A DNA stretch of 64,000 bases from a virus (Duplodnaviria > Caudoviricetes). Below the pieces are notes generated by a model. The model saw nothing but the letters and a program-made list of their open reading frames with translations. It was not told the DNA's origin and made no database searches. Below, piece after piece: positions 9,257-16,394 of this stretch (positions are counted from its first letter, which is position 1; each line of letters starts with the position of its first letter). The translations under genes and the position numbers were made by a program. The stretch is from positions 9,811 to 73,810 of the IMG/VR virus record IMGVR_UViG_2806310985_000007; one strand, written 5' to 3'.

Positions 9257-9577
9257 TCATCTCATAGCTCTCAGTAAATCCAGGATATCTACAGCCATGT
9301 TGCCGGCCGATTTAAATATTTGGCTTGTTCTCGGATTTACTTTTGAATAAGCAAACATCTTCACCATGAATTTGTGGGCGAGTTCACAGAATTCATCGAT
9401 TGATCCCGATGTTCTCGGATATATTTTTTCGGCGATAAAATCTCTGAGCTCGTCGACAGCCCATTGTGAATAACTGCTTTTCTTGAATTCCTCTGTCCAT
9501 TTTCCGAACAACGGAGGCATCCAAGCATCCATGTGATACATGTCGTACAAAATTAGTTCAAGGTGATCGATGCTCAT
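9257..9577 (-). CDS. Hypothetical protein (SYSQWA family)
   Basis: Start MSIDHL behind GAAAGGAG. Confidence 0.7.
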   Translation of the reverse strand: MSIDHLELILYDMYHMDAWMPPLFGKWTEEFKKSSYSQWAVDELRDFIAEKIYPRTSGSIDEFCELAHKFMVKMFAYSKVNPRTSQIFKSAGNMAVDILDLLRAMR

Positions 9578-9681
9578 TGTCTTCTCCTTTCGTGAAAAAA
9601 TTGAAAGAGAAAGATGTAAGCCAAGCATAAACTTACTATTATGGCAACCTCAACTATCCTAATCAGTTACTCTCTTTCCCT

Positions 9682-9706
9682 CATAATAAGCGTTGTAATT
9701 TTCGCG
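9682..9706 (-). promoter_or_regulatory. Repeated 25-nt phage motif, copy 3
   Basis: CGCGAAAATTACAACGCTTATTATG. Confidence 0.75.
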
Positions 9707-9710
9707 CGGC

Positions 9711-9740
9711 AAAAGAAAAGAGCCGTTGCTAGCGGCCCTT
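9711..9740 (-). terminator. Intrinsic terminator
   Basis: AAGGGCCG-CTAGCAA-CGGCTCTT + TTCTTTT. Confidence 0.75.
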
Positions 9741-9744
9741 CTCC

Positions 9745-9960
9745 TTACAAACCAATGCTCTTTAAAATTTTCATAAGTTCGTCTTTTTCGAGTTCAGCAT
9801 CTACATCCAGATGGACATGTGTCTTTCCGTCGATAACCGTTGCGTTCACCTCATTAAGTTTGAGTTCTACATCATACCCAAACTTCTTTCGGATTAGCAT
9901 AGCTATCAACTTCGACAGAATACCCGTCGTGAATTTCGACCCTATTTTCATTTCGTCCAT
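9745..9960 (-). CDS. Hypothetical protein
   Basis: 71 aa with AAAGGAG SD. Confidence 0.75.
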   Translation of the reverse strand: MDEMKIGSKFTTGILSKLIAMLIRKKFGYDVELKLNEVNATVIDGKTHVHLDVDAELEKDELMKILKSIGL

Positions 9961-9995
9961 ACTCCTTTTACTCCCTTCAAATATCCATTGATTTC

Positions 9996-10020
9996 CGTAA
10001 AAGAAGATGCGATTTTTGCG
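9996..10020 (-). promoter_or_regulatory. Repeated 25-nt phage motif, copy 4
   Basis: CGCAAAAATCGCATCTTCTTTTACG. Confidence 0.7.
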
Positions 10021-10023
10021 AAC

Positions 10024-10395
10024 TTAAATCTCCCGTCTGTCAAAGACTGTTTCCCATCGCTCCCGTTTGATAGGTTTCATTTTCAGCGCCCACATAATTT
10101 GACGGACAGTAACGGTGGGGTAGAGGCCGTCCGTACAAGTTCCGGAACGGGCGTCAAAGTATTCCCGAAAATCGGGGTGCAAATATAAAGCGTCGGTAAT
10201 CCATGGATCAACCTCGCTCCACCATGTACTCTTGGTTTCTTCATCAAACCTTTGCTGTATCACAGCCAGTCCTTTTTCACCAATTTTGTATAGTGTACAA
10301 CTGTTGTAAACGGGATGATCGCAAATATAACGGTTGCCGTACATAGACAGATAGATTTCCGGTTTATCAAAATGGTATCTCATATACACCACCAA
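10024..10395 (-). CDS. Conserved hypothetical phage protein
   Basis: 123 aa aromatic-rich ORF in operon orientation. Confidence 0.7.
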   Translation of the reverse strand: MVVYMRYHFDKPEIYLSMYGNRYICDHPVYNSCTLYKIGEKGLAVIQQRFDEETKSTWWSEVDPWITDALYLHPDFREYFDARSGTCTDGLYPTVTVRQIMWALKMKPIKRERWETVFDRREI

Positions 10396-10433
10396 AAAGA
10401 AAAGAGAAAGAGCCCTCGTCAGGACCCTCTCCC
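10394..10433 (-). terminator. Intrinsic terminator
   Basis: GAGAGGGTCC-TGACGA-GGGCTCTTTC followed by a U-run. Confidence 0.7.
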
Positions 10434-10451
10434 TTTTGCTAATAATCTTAT

Positions 10452-10679
10452 TTAGTCTTCGTCAAATTCTCCGCAAACTTCTTCTCTGGTAGGATACAGA
10501 GCTTCATATTCCTCATCATCTTCCATTCCATACTGTTCCAATTCTACGGAATGGCCGCATTCGAGGCATACTAATATATCTTCCCATTCATCCTCGAACT
10601 GCATTCTTGCTCCGCATTTACTGCAAATATACCTGCCAGTAAGTAATGCGTCCTTTTGCGCGTCGTTAAAAAAGCTCAT
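10452..10679 (-). CDS. Acidic zinc-ribbon protein
   Basis: CSKC...CLEC, AAGGAGG SD. Confidence 0.75.
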   Translation of the reverse strand: MSFFNDAQKDALLTGRYICSKCGARMQFEDEWEDILVCLECGHSVELEQYGMEDDEEYEALYPTREEVCGEFDED

Positions 10680-10769
10680 TGCAAATTACCTCCTTGATAC
10701 CGTGTGGCAATTCTAAGTATAACCGCCACCTTTGAATTATCAAGAGATAAAAAGCACTTTTACATCTCT

Positions 10770-10794
10770 CATAATAGCAGATGCGATTTTAACG
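10770..10794 (-). promoter_or_regulatory. Repeated 25-nt phage motif, copy 5
   Basis: CGTTAAAATCGCATCTGCTATTATG. Confidence 0.7.
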
Positions 10795-10796
10795 GA

Positions 10797-10840
10797 GAAA
10801 AACGAAGAGGCCGTGTAATATCCACGAACTCCTCGTTTCG
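10797..10840 (-). terminator. Intrinsic terminator
   Basis: AAACGAGGAGTTCGTG/CACGGCCTCTTCGTTT stem followed by U residues. Confidence 0.65.
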
Positions 10841-10848
10841 GAATCATT

Positions 10849-11241
10849 TTACTTCTTGGTTGGTTTAAAACGGCTAAACAAACCTCTGAATGTCGTAGAG
10901 GTATACGTTCCTTTCTCTTCGAACTTGAATCCCTTTCGCATCCAGAATGCGTAGAACATTAACGGCAGCACAAGCTCGGCGGCTGCAATACCAATTTTGA
11001 CATACCGATCTTTAACATTCTCTTCAATCTGAGCAACCTTAAAGCCCTTATCGCTTTCACGATTCTGAGTTTTATCCAGATACTCCATTGAAGTTTTGTC
11101 TTCGTCGAGCTTCACCTTGTAAAGTTTCGCTAAGCTTTCCACTGCTATAGAGTGTTTTTCACTTCCTGGATCGAGGGAGGCCAAGTTTTCGATTTCGTTC
11201 TTGATTTCCTCTTCCAACAATTTTTTAATTTCTTCGCCCAT
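10849..11241 (-). CDS. Hypothetical protein with C-terminal hydrophobic segment
   Basis: MGEEIKK..., GAAAGGAG SD. Confidence 0.75.
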   Translation of the reverse strand: MGEEIKKLLEEEIKNEIENLASLDPGSEKHSIAVESLAKLYKVKLDEDKTSMEYLDKTQNRESDKGFKVAQIEENVKDRYVKIGIAAAELVLPLMFYAFWMRKGFKFEEKGTYTSTTFRGLFSRFKPTKK

Positions 11242-11271
11242 TTTGCATTTCTCCTTTCGTTTACTGGGTTC

Positions 11272-11296
11272 CATAAAAGGAAGTGTTATTTGTGCG
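11272..11296 (-). promoter_or_regulatory. Repeated 25-nt phage motif, copy 6
   Basis: CGCACAAATAACACTTCCTTTTATG; overlaps the 3' end of the upstream gene. Confidence 0.7.
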
Positions 11297-11510
11297 GAAT
11301 GAAGTCTTTAGCCCTGACTCTCAGCAAGACATACTTCTTTGAAATTACTGCTTCAACCCGCTTTGATAGTTCCAAAAATAAAAAAGGACCATCCGGATCT
11401 GAATTGTCAACTCGAAGTGTTCCGACTGAGAAAAGCCGAAATACGATACCCGTAAAAATGGCACCTACCAAAACGCCGAGAACAAAGATGATTACCAAGT
11501 TCATGCGCAT
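11286..11510 (-). CDS. Small membrane-anchored protein
   Basis: N-terminal TM helix, AAAGGAGG SD. Confidence 0.7.
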   Translation of the reverse strand: MRMNLVIIFVLGVLVGAIFTGIVFRLFSVGTLRVDNSDPDGPFLFLELSKRVEAVISKKYVLLRVRAKDFIPHK

Positions 11511-11613
11511 CCTCCTTTTAAAATGTTTTTTCGAATTTTCAACCCGGGGAATTTTTCAGATATCAATTTAACATGTTTTTCCGTCACCTGCGTACTGAAT
11601 TTTAATCTAGGAT

Positions 11614-11641
11614 AAAAAGAAAGAGCCGTTGTTAGCGGCTC
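11614..11641 (-). terminator. Intrinsic terminator
   Basis: GAGCCG-CTAACAA-CGGCTC + TTTCTTTTT. Confidence 0.75.
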
Positions 11642-11650
11642 AGTCTTTTG

Positions 11651-11935
11651 TTAGGACTTGTGTAATATGTCGATGTAAATTCTTTCTCCGAGTTTCTTGT
11701 CATAGATAATAGATATTTCGAGTTCTCCATCTCGTTCCCATATCCAGTAAGTATTATCATTATATGGATTCCATTTTAAGCCGAACAGCTCATATATCTT
11801 ATTCAGATAAATGTAGCCATAAGCCCTGTAACAATCCATGATGTATATTACCTTGGATTTAGTAAAAAGTTTGTTAAACTCAAAATCCTTTTCCCATGAC
11901 GAACTGCTTTTGTCAAATGTAATTTTAATGTGCAT
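11651..11935 (-). CDS. Short protein resembling the DUF6353 C-terminal domain
   Basis: YGYIYLNKIYELFGL resembles GHLFLNEV..LDL and GVILLNDFYEFLGL. Confidence 0.65.
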   Translation of the reverse strand: MHIKITFDKSSSSWEKDFEFNKLFTKSKVIYIMDCYRAYGYIYLNKIYELFGLKWNPYNDNTYWIWERDGELEISIIYDKKLGERIYIDILHKS

Positions 11936-11962
11936 ATTTTTACACTCCTATTACAATAAATT

Positions 11963-12190
11963 TGGACAGGAAAGCCGGACAGCCAGTCCGGCTTTCCCTC
12001 CATCTCGTGCCTAAGCTACAATGAGAGGAGCAACTGGCTGACCAATCACTCCTTGGGCTTGTATGTCCGTGTGAAAGACTGTTAGCCATCCTCTCGTTGC
12101 AGCGTTCGATTTAAGCAGGTTGAACCACCGGATGTCGGAGAGTTCGTGTCACACAATAGATTGAATCGGCAGCGAGAAAAGATGGATTCC
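11963..12190 (+). ncRNA. IS110 bridge RNA (predicted; ends approximate)
   Basis: 5' hairpin 11969-11997; target loop with CACTCCT and TGAAAG; donor loop with AGCAGGT and AATAGA. Confidence 0.8.
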
Positions 12191-12222
12191 GGTTGCAGAT
12201 TCTTTGTATTGGAGGAATGTGA

Positions 12223-13431
12223 ATGAACTGCGTTGGCATCGATGTTTCCAAGGGTAAGAGCATGATTGCAGTCATGCGGCCCTTCGGAGAGGTAGTGGTT
12301 TCACCCTTTGAAGTACGTCACACCGCCAATGAACTGAGCGAGCTGGCAGGACTGCTCAAAAGCCTGGACGGCGAGACCCGTGTGGTGATGGAATCCACGG
12401 GTAATTACCATGCTCCGGTGGCCTGGCTGCTCCACGACGCGGGCCTTTATGTCTCGGTAGTCAATGCAATGCTGGTGCATGACTACGGAAACAACAGTTT
12501 AAGACGGGCCAAAACCGACAAAAAGGATGCCGTAAAGCTGGCCAACTACGGTCTTGACCACTGGCTCACATTGCCGAGATATATCCCGGAGGAGGATACC
12601 CGACTCATGCTGAAAATCTGCTACCGGCAGTACCAACAGTATTCCAAAGTTCAGACCATGCTGAAGAATAACCTGATCTCCCTGCTGGACACCACCTTCC
12701 CAGACGCAAATCGCTTGTTTACCAGTCCGCCCCGCGCCGATGGCAGCGAGAAGTGGGTGGACTTTGTCGCTACTTTTTGGCATTGCGAGTGCGTTTGTGG
12801 CCGGTCTGAGAAGGCCTTTACTACCCAATACCAGAAGTGGTGCAGAAAGCACGGCTACAATTTCAGCGAGGATAAGGCGCTGGATATTTATGCCTCTGCT
12901 TGCAGACACTTCGGTGTCATACCGAAAACGGATACGGCAAAACTTTTGGTAGAACAGGCCATTTCTCAACTCCAGACAACTTCTTCCGCGTTAGCTGCTC
13001 TCAAACAGGAGATGCAATCCCTGGCAGCTTCTCTGCCGGAGTATCCTGTAGTGATGGGGATGTTTGGTGTTGGCCCAACCCTCGGCCCTCAACTCCTGGC
13101 TGAAATTGGCGATGTACGCCGTTTTCATTCCAAAAAAGCGTTGGTTGCCTTTGCGGGTATTGACGCCCCGCCCTACCAATCCGGTCAAATAGATGTCCGT
13201 AGCCGTAGCATTTCCAAGCGAGGATCTGCCTCACTGCGCAGGACGCTCTTTCTGGTGATGAGCGTCATCCTGCAATGTGCTCCAATAGACGAGCCGGTGT
13301 ACCAGTTCATGGACAAGAAACGCTCTGAAGGCAAGCCATATCGTGTCTACATGATGGCCTCTGCCAACAAGTTCCTGCGCATCTACTACGCTTCTGTGAA
13401 AGCCTACTTGGAATCCCTGGAGCACGACTGA
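12223..13431 (+). CDS. IS110 family DEDD recombinase/transposase (402 aa)
   Basis: GIDVSK, VMESTG, KTDKKDA; C-terminal GVGP..AEIGD..RF, AFAG..P..QSG, SKRG...LR. Confidence 0.95.
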   Translation: MNCVGIDVSKGKSMIAVMRPFGEVVVSPFEVRHTANELSELAGLLKSLDGETRVVMESTGNYHAPVAWLLHDAGLYVSVVNAMLVHDYGNNSLRRAKTDKKDAVKLANYGLDHWLTLPRYIPEEDTRLMLKICYRQYQQYSKVQTMLKNNLISLLDTTFPDANRLFTSPPRADGSEKWVDFVATFWHCECVCGRSEKAFTTQYQKWCRKHGYNFSEDKALDIYASACRHFGVIPKTDTAKLLVEQAISQLQTTSSALAALKQEMQSLAASLPEYPVVMGMFGVGPTLGPQLLAEIGDVRRFHSKKALVAFAGIDAPPYQSGQIDVRSRSISKRGSASLRRTLFLVMSVILQCAPIDEPVYQFMDKKRSEGKPYRVYMMASANKFLRIYYASVKAYLESLEHD

Positions 13432-13562
13432 TTTTTACACTCTATACCATCTGGCTGGCCGCCGTTTTAATTTTGAGATGCTCAGCGGCTTGATTTTGTA
13501 TTGCATTTTTTCGCCTCCCTAAAAATCTGAAATTTCTACTTGACTTTTATTAGCAGGTCTTT

Positions 13563-13587
13563 CATAAAGGAGCTTGTTATTCTTGCG
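13563..13587 (-). promoter_or_regulatory. Repeated 25-nt phage motif, copy 7 (separated from its gene by the IS110)
   Basis: CGCAAGAATAACAAGCTCCTTTATG. Confidence 0.7.
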
Positions 13588-13780
13588 AACTCTCATAAAC
13601 GATTTTCTTCCGCAAATCCGACCACGAAATATAACGGTCTTTGCGACACACTGGACAATAAAACTTATTGACCTTGCCTCCAATGTCTATAATCTCATTG
13701 CTATCCGCTTCCAGTCTGCTCTGACAATTCGGGCAGTTGAAGCGATAGACCTTCTTAACAGCCACGTCTACAATCTTCAC
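13577..13780 (-). CDS. Zinc-ribbon protein
   Basis: CPNC...CPVC. Confidence 0.7.
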   Translation of the reverse strand: MKIVDVAVKKVYRFNCPNCQSRLEADSNEIIDIGGKVNKFYCPVCRKDRYISWSDLRKKIVYESSQE

Positions 13781-13784
13781 GCCA

Positions 13785-14204
13785 TCACCCTCTTTCTTGG
13801 CTGAGCAGCCAGAAGAACCGTCTGTACAAGCTGTAATAAGTATCCTTGCAGCATGGGATGGAAAATTTAATCCTCATGTAATCATAGGAAACTTCTTCCG
13901 TCACACCTTTCAAAATATAACAGGAAAGTTCCTCGTCTGTTTCTTTGGCCATTCGCTCGATCATGTCCATTCGATTCGAGTAAAATAACCTTGCCATCGC
14001 ACATTTAGCAATCGGATCGCTGACATTATTTGTCCTGCTCGGCGGTATCAATTTGGGCCAACTACTCGGAAACCCATCCAGCATGGCATACGATTTTCTC
14101 CATATCGGATACTGTAGACAGAAATGCTTTAGCTCGTAATAGCGATGTTTTTCAATCCAGTATTGGTTCTTCTCGGATATTTCCGGTCTTATCGTTGTGC
14201 TCAT
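13785..14204 (-). CDS. Phage transcriptional regulator, ArpU/RinA-like (tentative)
   Basis: 139 aa; SDP.AK.A, C-terminal HTH-like YY..YRRFFW.L. Confidence 0.5.
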   Translation of the reverse strand: MSTTIRPEISEKNQYWIEKHRYYELKHFCLQYPIWRKSYAMLDGFPSSWPKLIPPSRTNNVSDPIAKCAMARLFYSNRMDMIERMAKETDEELSCYILKGVTEEVSYDYMRIKFSIPCCKDTYYSLYRRFFWLLSQERG

Positions 14205-14452
14205 ACCCGTTCACCTCGCCAGACATAACCTGTTTCCTGCCACAGTAACTTTGGAGAGATGTAAAAGTTGATTCGTCCATACCTCGAATTCATCTCTTCC
14301 AGATTGGTGATAAGTTTTCCGTTCCTGGTTGCTTTACCGATGGGTAGCCATCCCGATATAATGCCGGCTCGAATCCATGAAGCGTCTTTCCCATAAACTC
14401 TCGCTGCTACGGCTACCGGTACTGAGCCAGATGCAAATATAACTTCATCCAT
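14201..14452 (-). CDS. HTH DNA-binding protein (excisionase/Cro-like)
   Basis: VPVAVAARVYGKDASWIR..I..G.LP; located near the integrase. Confidence 0.6.
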   Translation of the reverse strand: MDEVIFASGSVPVAVAARVYGKDASWIRAGIISGWLPIGKATRNGKLITNLEEMNSRYGRINFYISPKLLWQETGYVWRGERV

Positions 14453-14475
14453 TGGCTTTTGCCTCCTTTCAACTG

Positions 14476-14814
14476 CTATTCTAGGTTAGAAACAGCTTTT
14501 AGTGAAAACAACTCAGGTGGAGACAGCCGCCATCGAATCATTGTCATTTCGCAAGGATAATCTTCAAAACCAAGCATTTCGCAAGTAATAAGTCCTTCCA
14601 AAACACCGATGATGATTTCCGCTTCATATTGTTTGTATGGAAATATAAAGTCCGGAAGTTCCCGATGCATAGCGCTGCATTTTTGGCATCGGAATCTTCG
14701 AATATCCACTTTGTTTTTGACGCCGTATTTTGTCCGTACGATTCTTTTCACGCTGTCGTAATATTTCAACTGTCCGCCGCACTTGGGGCAGGTTGATTTG
14801 CTGTCATTAATCAT
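14476..14814 (-). CDS. Zinc-finger protein (DUF6431-like)
   Basis: CPKC...RRFRCQKC..HRELPDF..PYKQY. Confidence 0.65.
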   Translation of the reverse strand: MINDSKSTCPKCGGQLKYYDSVKRIVRTKYGVKNKVDIRRFRCQKCSAMHRELPDFIFPYKQYEAEIIIGVLEGLITCEMLGFEDYPCEMTMIRWRLSPPELFSLKAVSNLE

Positions 14815-14861
14815 GTCTCATCTTTTCCTCCGATCACAGCAAGAAAAGTTGTATGTAGGAG

Positions 14862-14891
14862 TTGACAATTCCTATACTTATGATATATGAT
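14862..14891 (+). promoter_or_regulatory. Sigma-A-like integrase promoter
   Basis: TTGACA-N18-TATGAT inside an imperfect inverted repeat. Confidence 0.55.
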
Positions 14892-14924
14892 TACTAATAG
14901 CAAATCAATGGAAAGGTGGTCTCT

Positions 14925-16166
14925 ATGCTTATAAAATGTCCGGAGTGCGAATTGCAAGTAAGTGACAAAGCTGTTTCCTGTCCGCATTGCGGATATCCGA
15001 TGCAGCCAAGCGCCAAATCAAGAAAACCTCGAAATAAAAACAACAAACGGCGTCGTTTACCAAACGGATTCGGACAGATCAGCGAGATTAAAAATCGTAA
15101 TCTTCGCAATCCTTTTAGGGCGATGGTGAGCGTAGGAAAATCAGAAAACGGACGGCCAATATGCAAACCTCTGAAGCCGGAATCCTATTTTCCTACCTAC
15201 AATGACGCCTATGCCGCTCTCGTGGAATATAACAAGAACCCATATGATCTTGAGCCGTCTATCACTGTCAAAGAATTGTACGAACGATGGAAACCGGAAT
15301 ACTTGAAAACTCTGAAAAACGAAGCGAGCGGCAGAGCTGTGGAATCGGCTTGGGGGTATTGTTCATCCGTATACGGCATGAGAGTAATTGATGTCAGGGC
15401 ACGTCATATAAAAGGCTGCATGGAAGAAGGAGTATCTGTAGTACGGGGAAAAGAGCAAACCCCAAGTGCGTCAATGAAGAACAAGATTAAATCTCTGTTT
15501 AACTTAATGCTTGATTACGCTTTGGAGTATGAATTGGTAGACCGCAACTACTCGAGAACGTTTAATCTAACCGAGGAAACCATCAAAGAAATTGTAACGG
15601 TAAAGAAAGAACATATACCGTTCACACAAGAAGAGATGGAATTGCTCTGGCAGCATGTAGATGATAAAATGTATGTGGACGTTATCCTGATTCAGTGCTA
15701 TTCCGGATGGAGACCACAGGAAATTGGTTTGCTGGAATTGAAAGATGTGGATCTTGAAAATGGTACATTTAGCGGAGGAATGAAAACAGATGCAGGTATC
15801 AATCGTGTCGTTCCTATCCATTCAAAAATAAGGCACTTGGTAGAACGGCACTATAAAGAGGCTCAGAACATGGGAAGCATATACCTGTTTAATTACGCCA
15901 ATCCAAGCAGCAGGATTAAGAATACGGTCTTGACCTACAATAGATATCAAAAAGCATTTGGGATGATTCGGGATGAACTGAAACTCAATCCGGAGCATAG
16001 ACCCCATGACGGGCGCAAGCACTTTGTCACCATGGCTAAAAAATATGGCGTTGATGAATACGCCATCAAGTATATGGTTGGGCATAAGATTTCTGATATA
16101 ACCGAAAAGGTTTATACGCAGAGAGAATTTGAATGGTTGAAGGACGAAATAGAAAAAATAAAATAG
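14925..16166 (+). CDS. int: Tyrosine integrase with N-terminal zinc ribbon
   Basis: SGWRPQE, KT, HDGRKHF, VGH, VY catalytic residues; RLPNGFG arm-binding region; N-terminal CPEC..CPHC. Confidence 0.95.
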   Translation: MLIKCPECELQVSDKAVSCPHCGYPMQPSAKSRKPRNKNNKRRRLPNGFGQISEIKNRNLRNPFRAMVSVGKSENGRPICKPLKPESYFPTYNDAYAALVEYNKNPYDLEPSITVKELYERWKPEYLKTLKNEASGRAVESAWGYCSSVYGMRVIDVRARHIKGCMEEGVSVVRGKEQTPSASMKNKIKSLFNLMLDYALEYELVDRNYSRTFNLTEETIKEIVTVKKEHIPFTQEEMELLWQHVDDKMYVDVILIQCYSGWRPQEIGLLELKDVDLENGTFSGGMKTDAGINRVVPIHSKIRHLVERHYKEAQNMGSIYLFNYANPSSRIKNTVLTYNRYQKAFGMIRDELKLNPEHRPHDGRKHFVTMAKKYGVDEYAIKYMVGHKISDITEKVYTQREFEWLKDEIEKIK

Positions 16167-16254
16167 CTTGTAATTTTTGCCTATAACAAAGAAAAAGCCT
16201 CCTCACAGCGGGACACCGGTTAGGGCATCCGAAGCCGCAAGGAGGTTCTCTTTT

Positions 16255-16292
16255 GTATAGGAATAAATATAATAGGAATAATGCAGGAATAA
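16255..16292 (+). repeat. Three direct repeats (AT/GC)AGGAATAA, putative integrase arm-type sites
   Basis: Copies at 16257, 16272 and 16283, between int and the element boundary. Confidence 0.6.
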
Positions 16293-16394
16293 TATATAAA
16301 CTACCTACATTTCTCGACTTTTTCTCACATCTAATTGCTCTTAAAACCGCGTATTTACTGGGTTTTAGAAGTCGATAAATCGAGATAAGTTTCT

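Larger units (their letters stand above)
11950..13560 (+). mobile_element. IS110-family insertion sequence, CT core duplicated at 11948-11949 and 13559-13560
   Basis: Removing it restores ...TTTATGAAAGGAGTGTAAAAATATG (motif + SD + start); no terminal IRs; long left non-coding end. Confidence 0.9.
1..16390. mobile_element. Prophage 1 (tyrosine integrase type), partial; continues left of the window
   Basis: Dense leftward run of phage-type genes, terminal integrase, and att-like repeats at 16255-16292 followed by an abrupt switch into a truncated RM gene. Confidence 0.85.

Noticed and set aside
11515-11610. Intergenic AAAATTCCCCGGGTTGAAAATT element
   Set aside because: Single copy with weak symmetry; cannot distinguish promoter, origin or chance from this window.
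6366-13587. Repeated 25-nt motif as a CRISPR array or integron attC sites
   Set aside because: Copies are degenerate, non-palindromic and irregularly spaced by whole genes; no cas or integron integrase is present.
16188-16254. tRNA or other named RNA after int
   Set aside because: No cloverleaf or TTC-loop signature; the outer AGCCTCCT/AGGAGGTT stem with flanking A/T runs is explained as a terminator-like hairpin.
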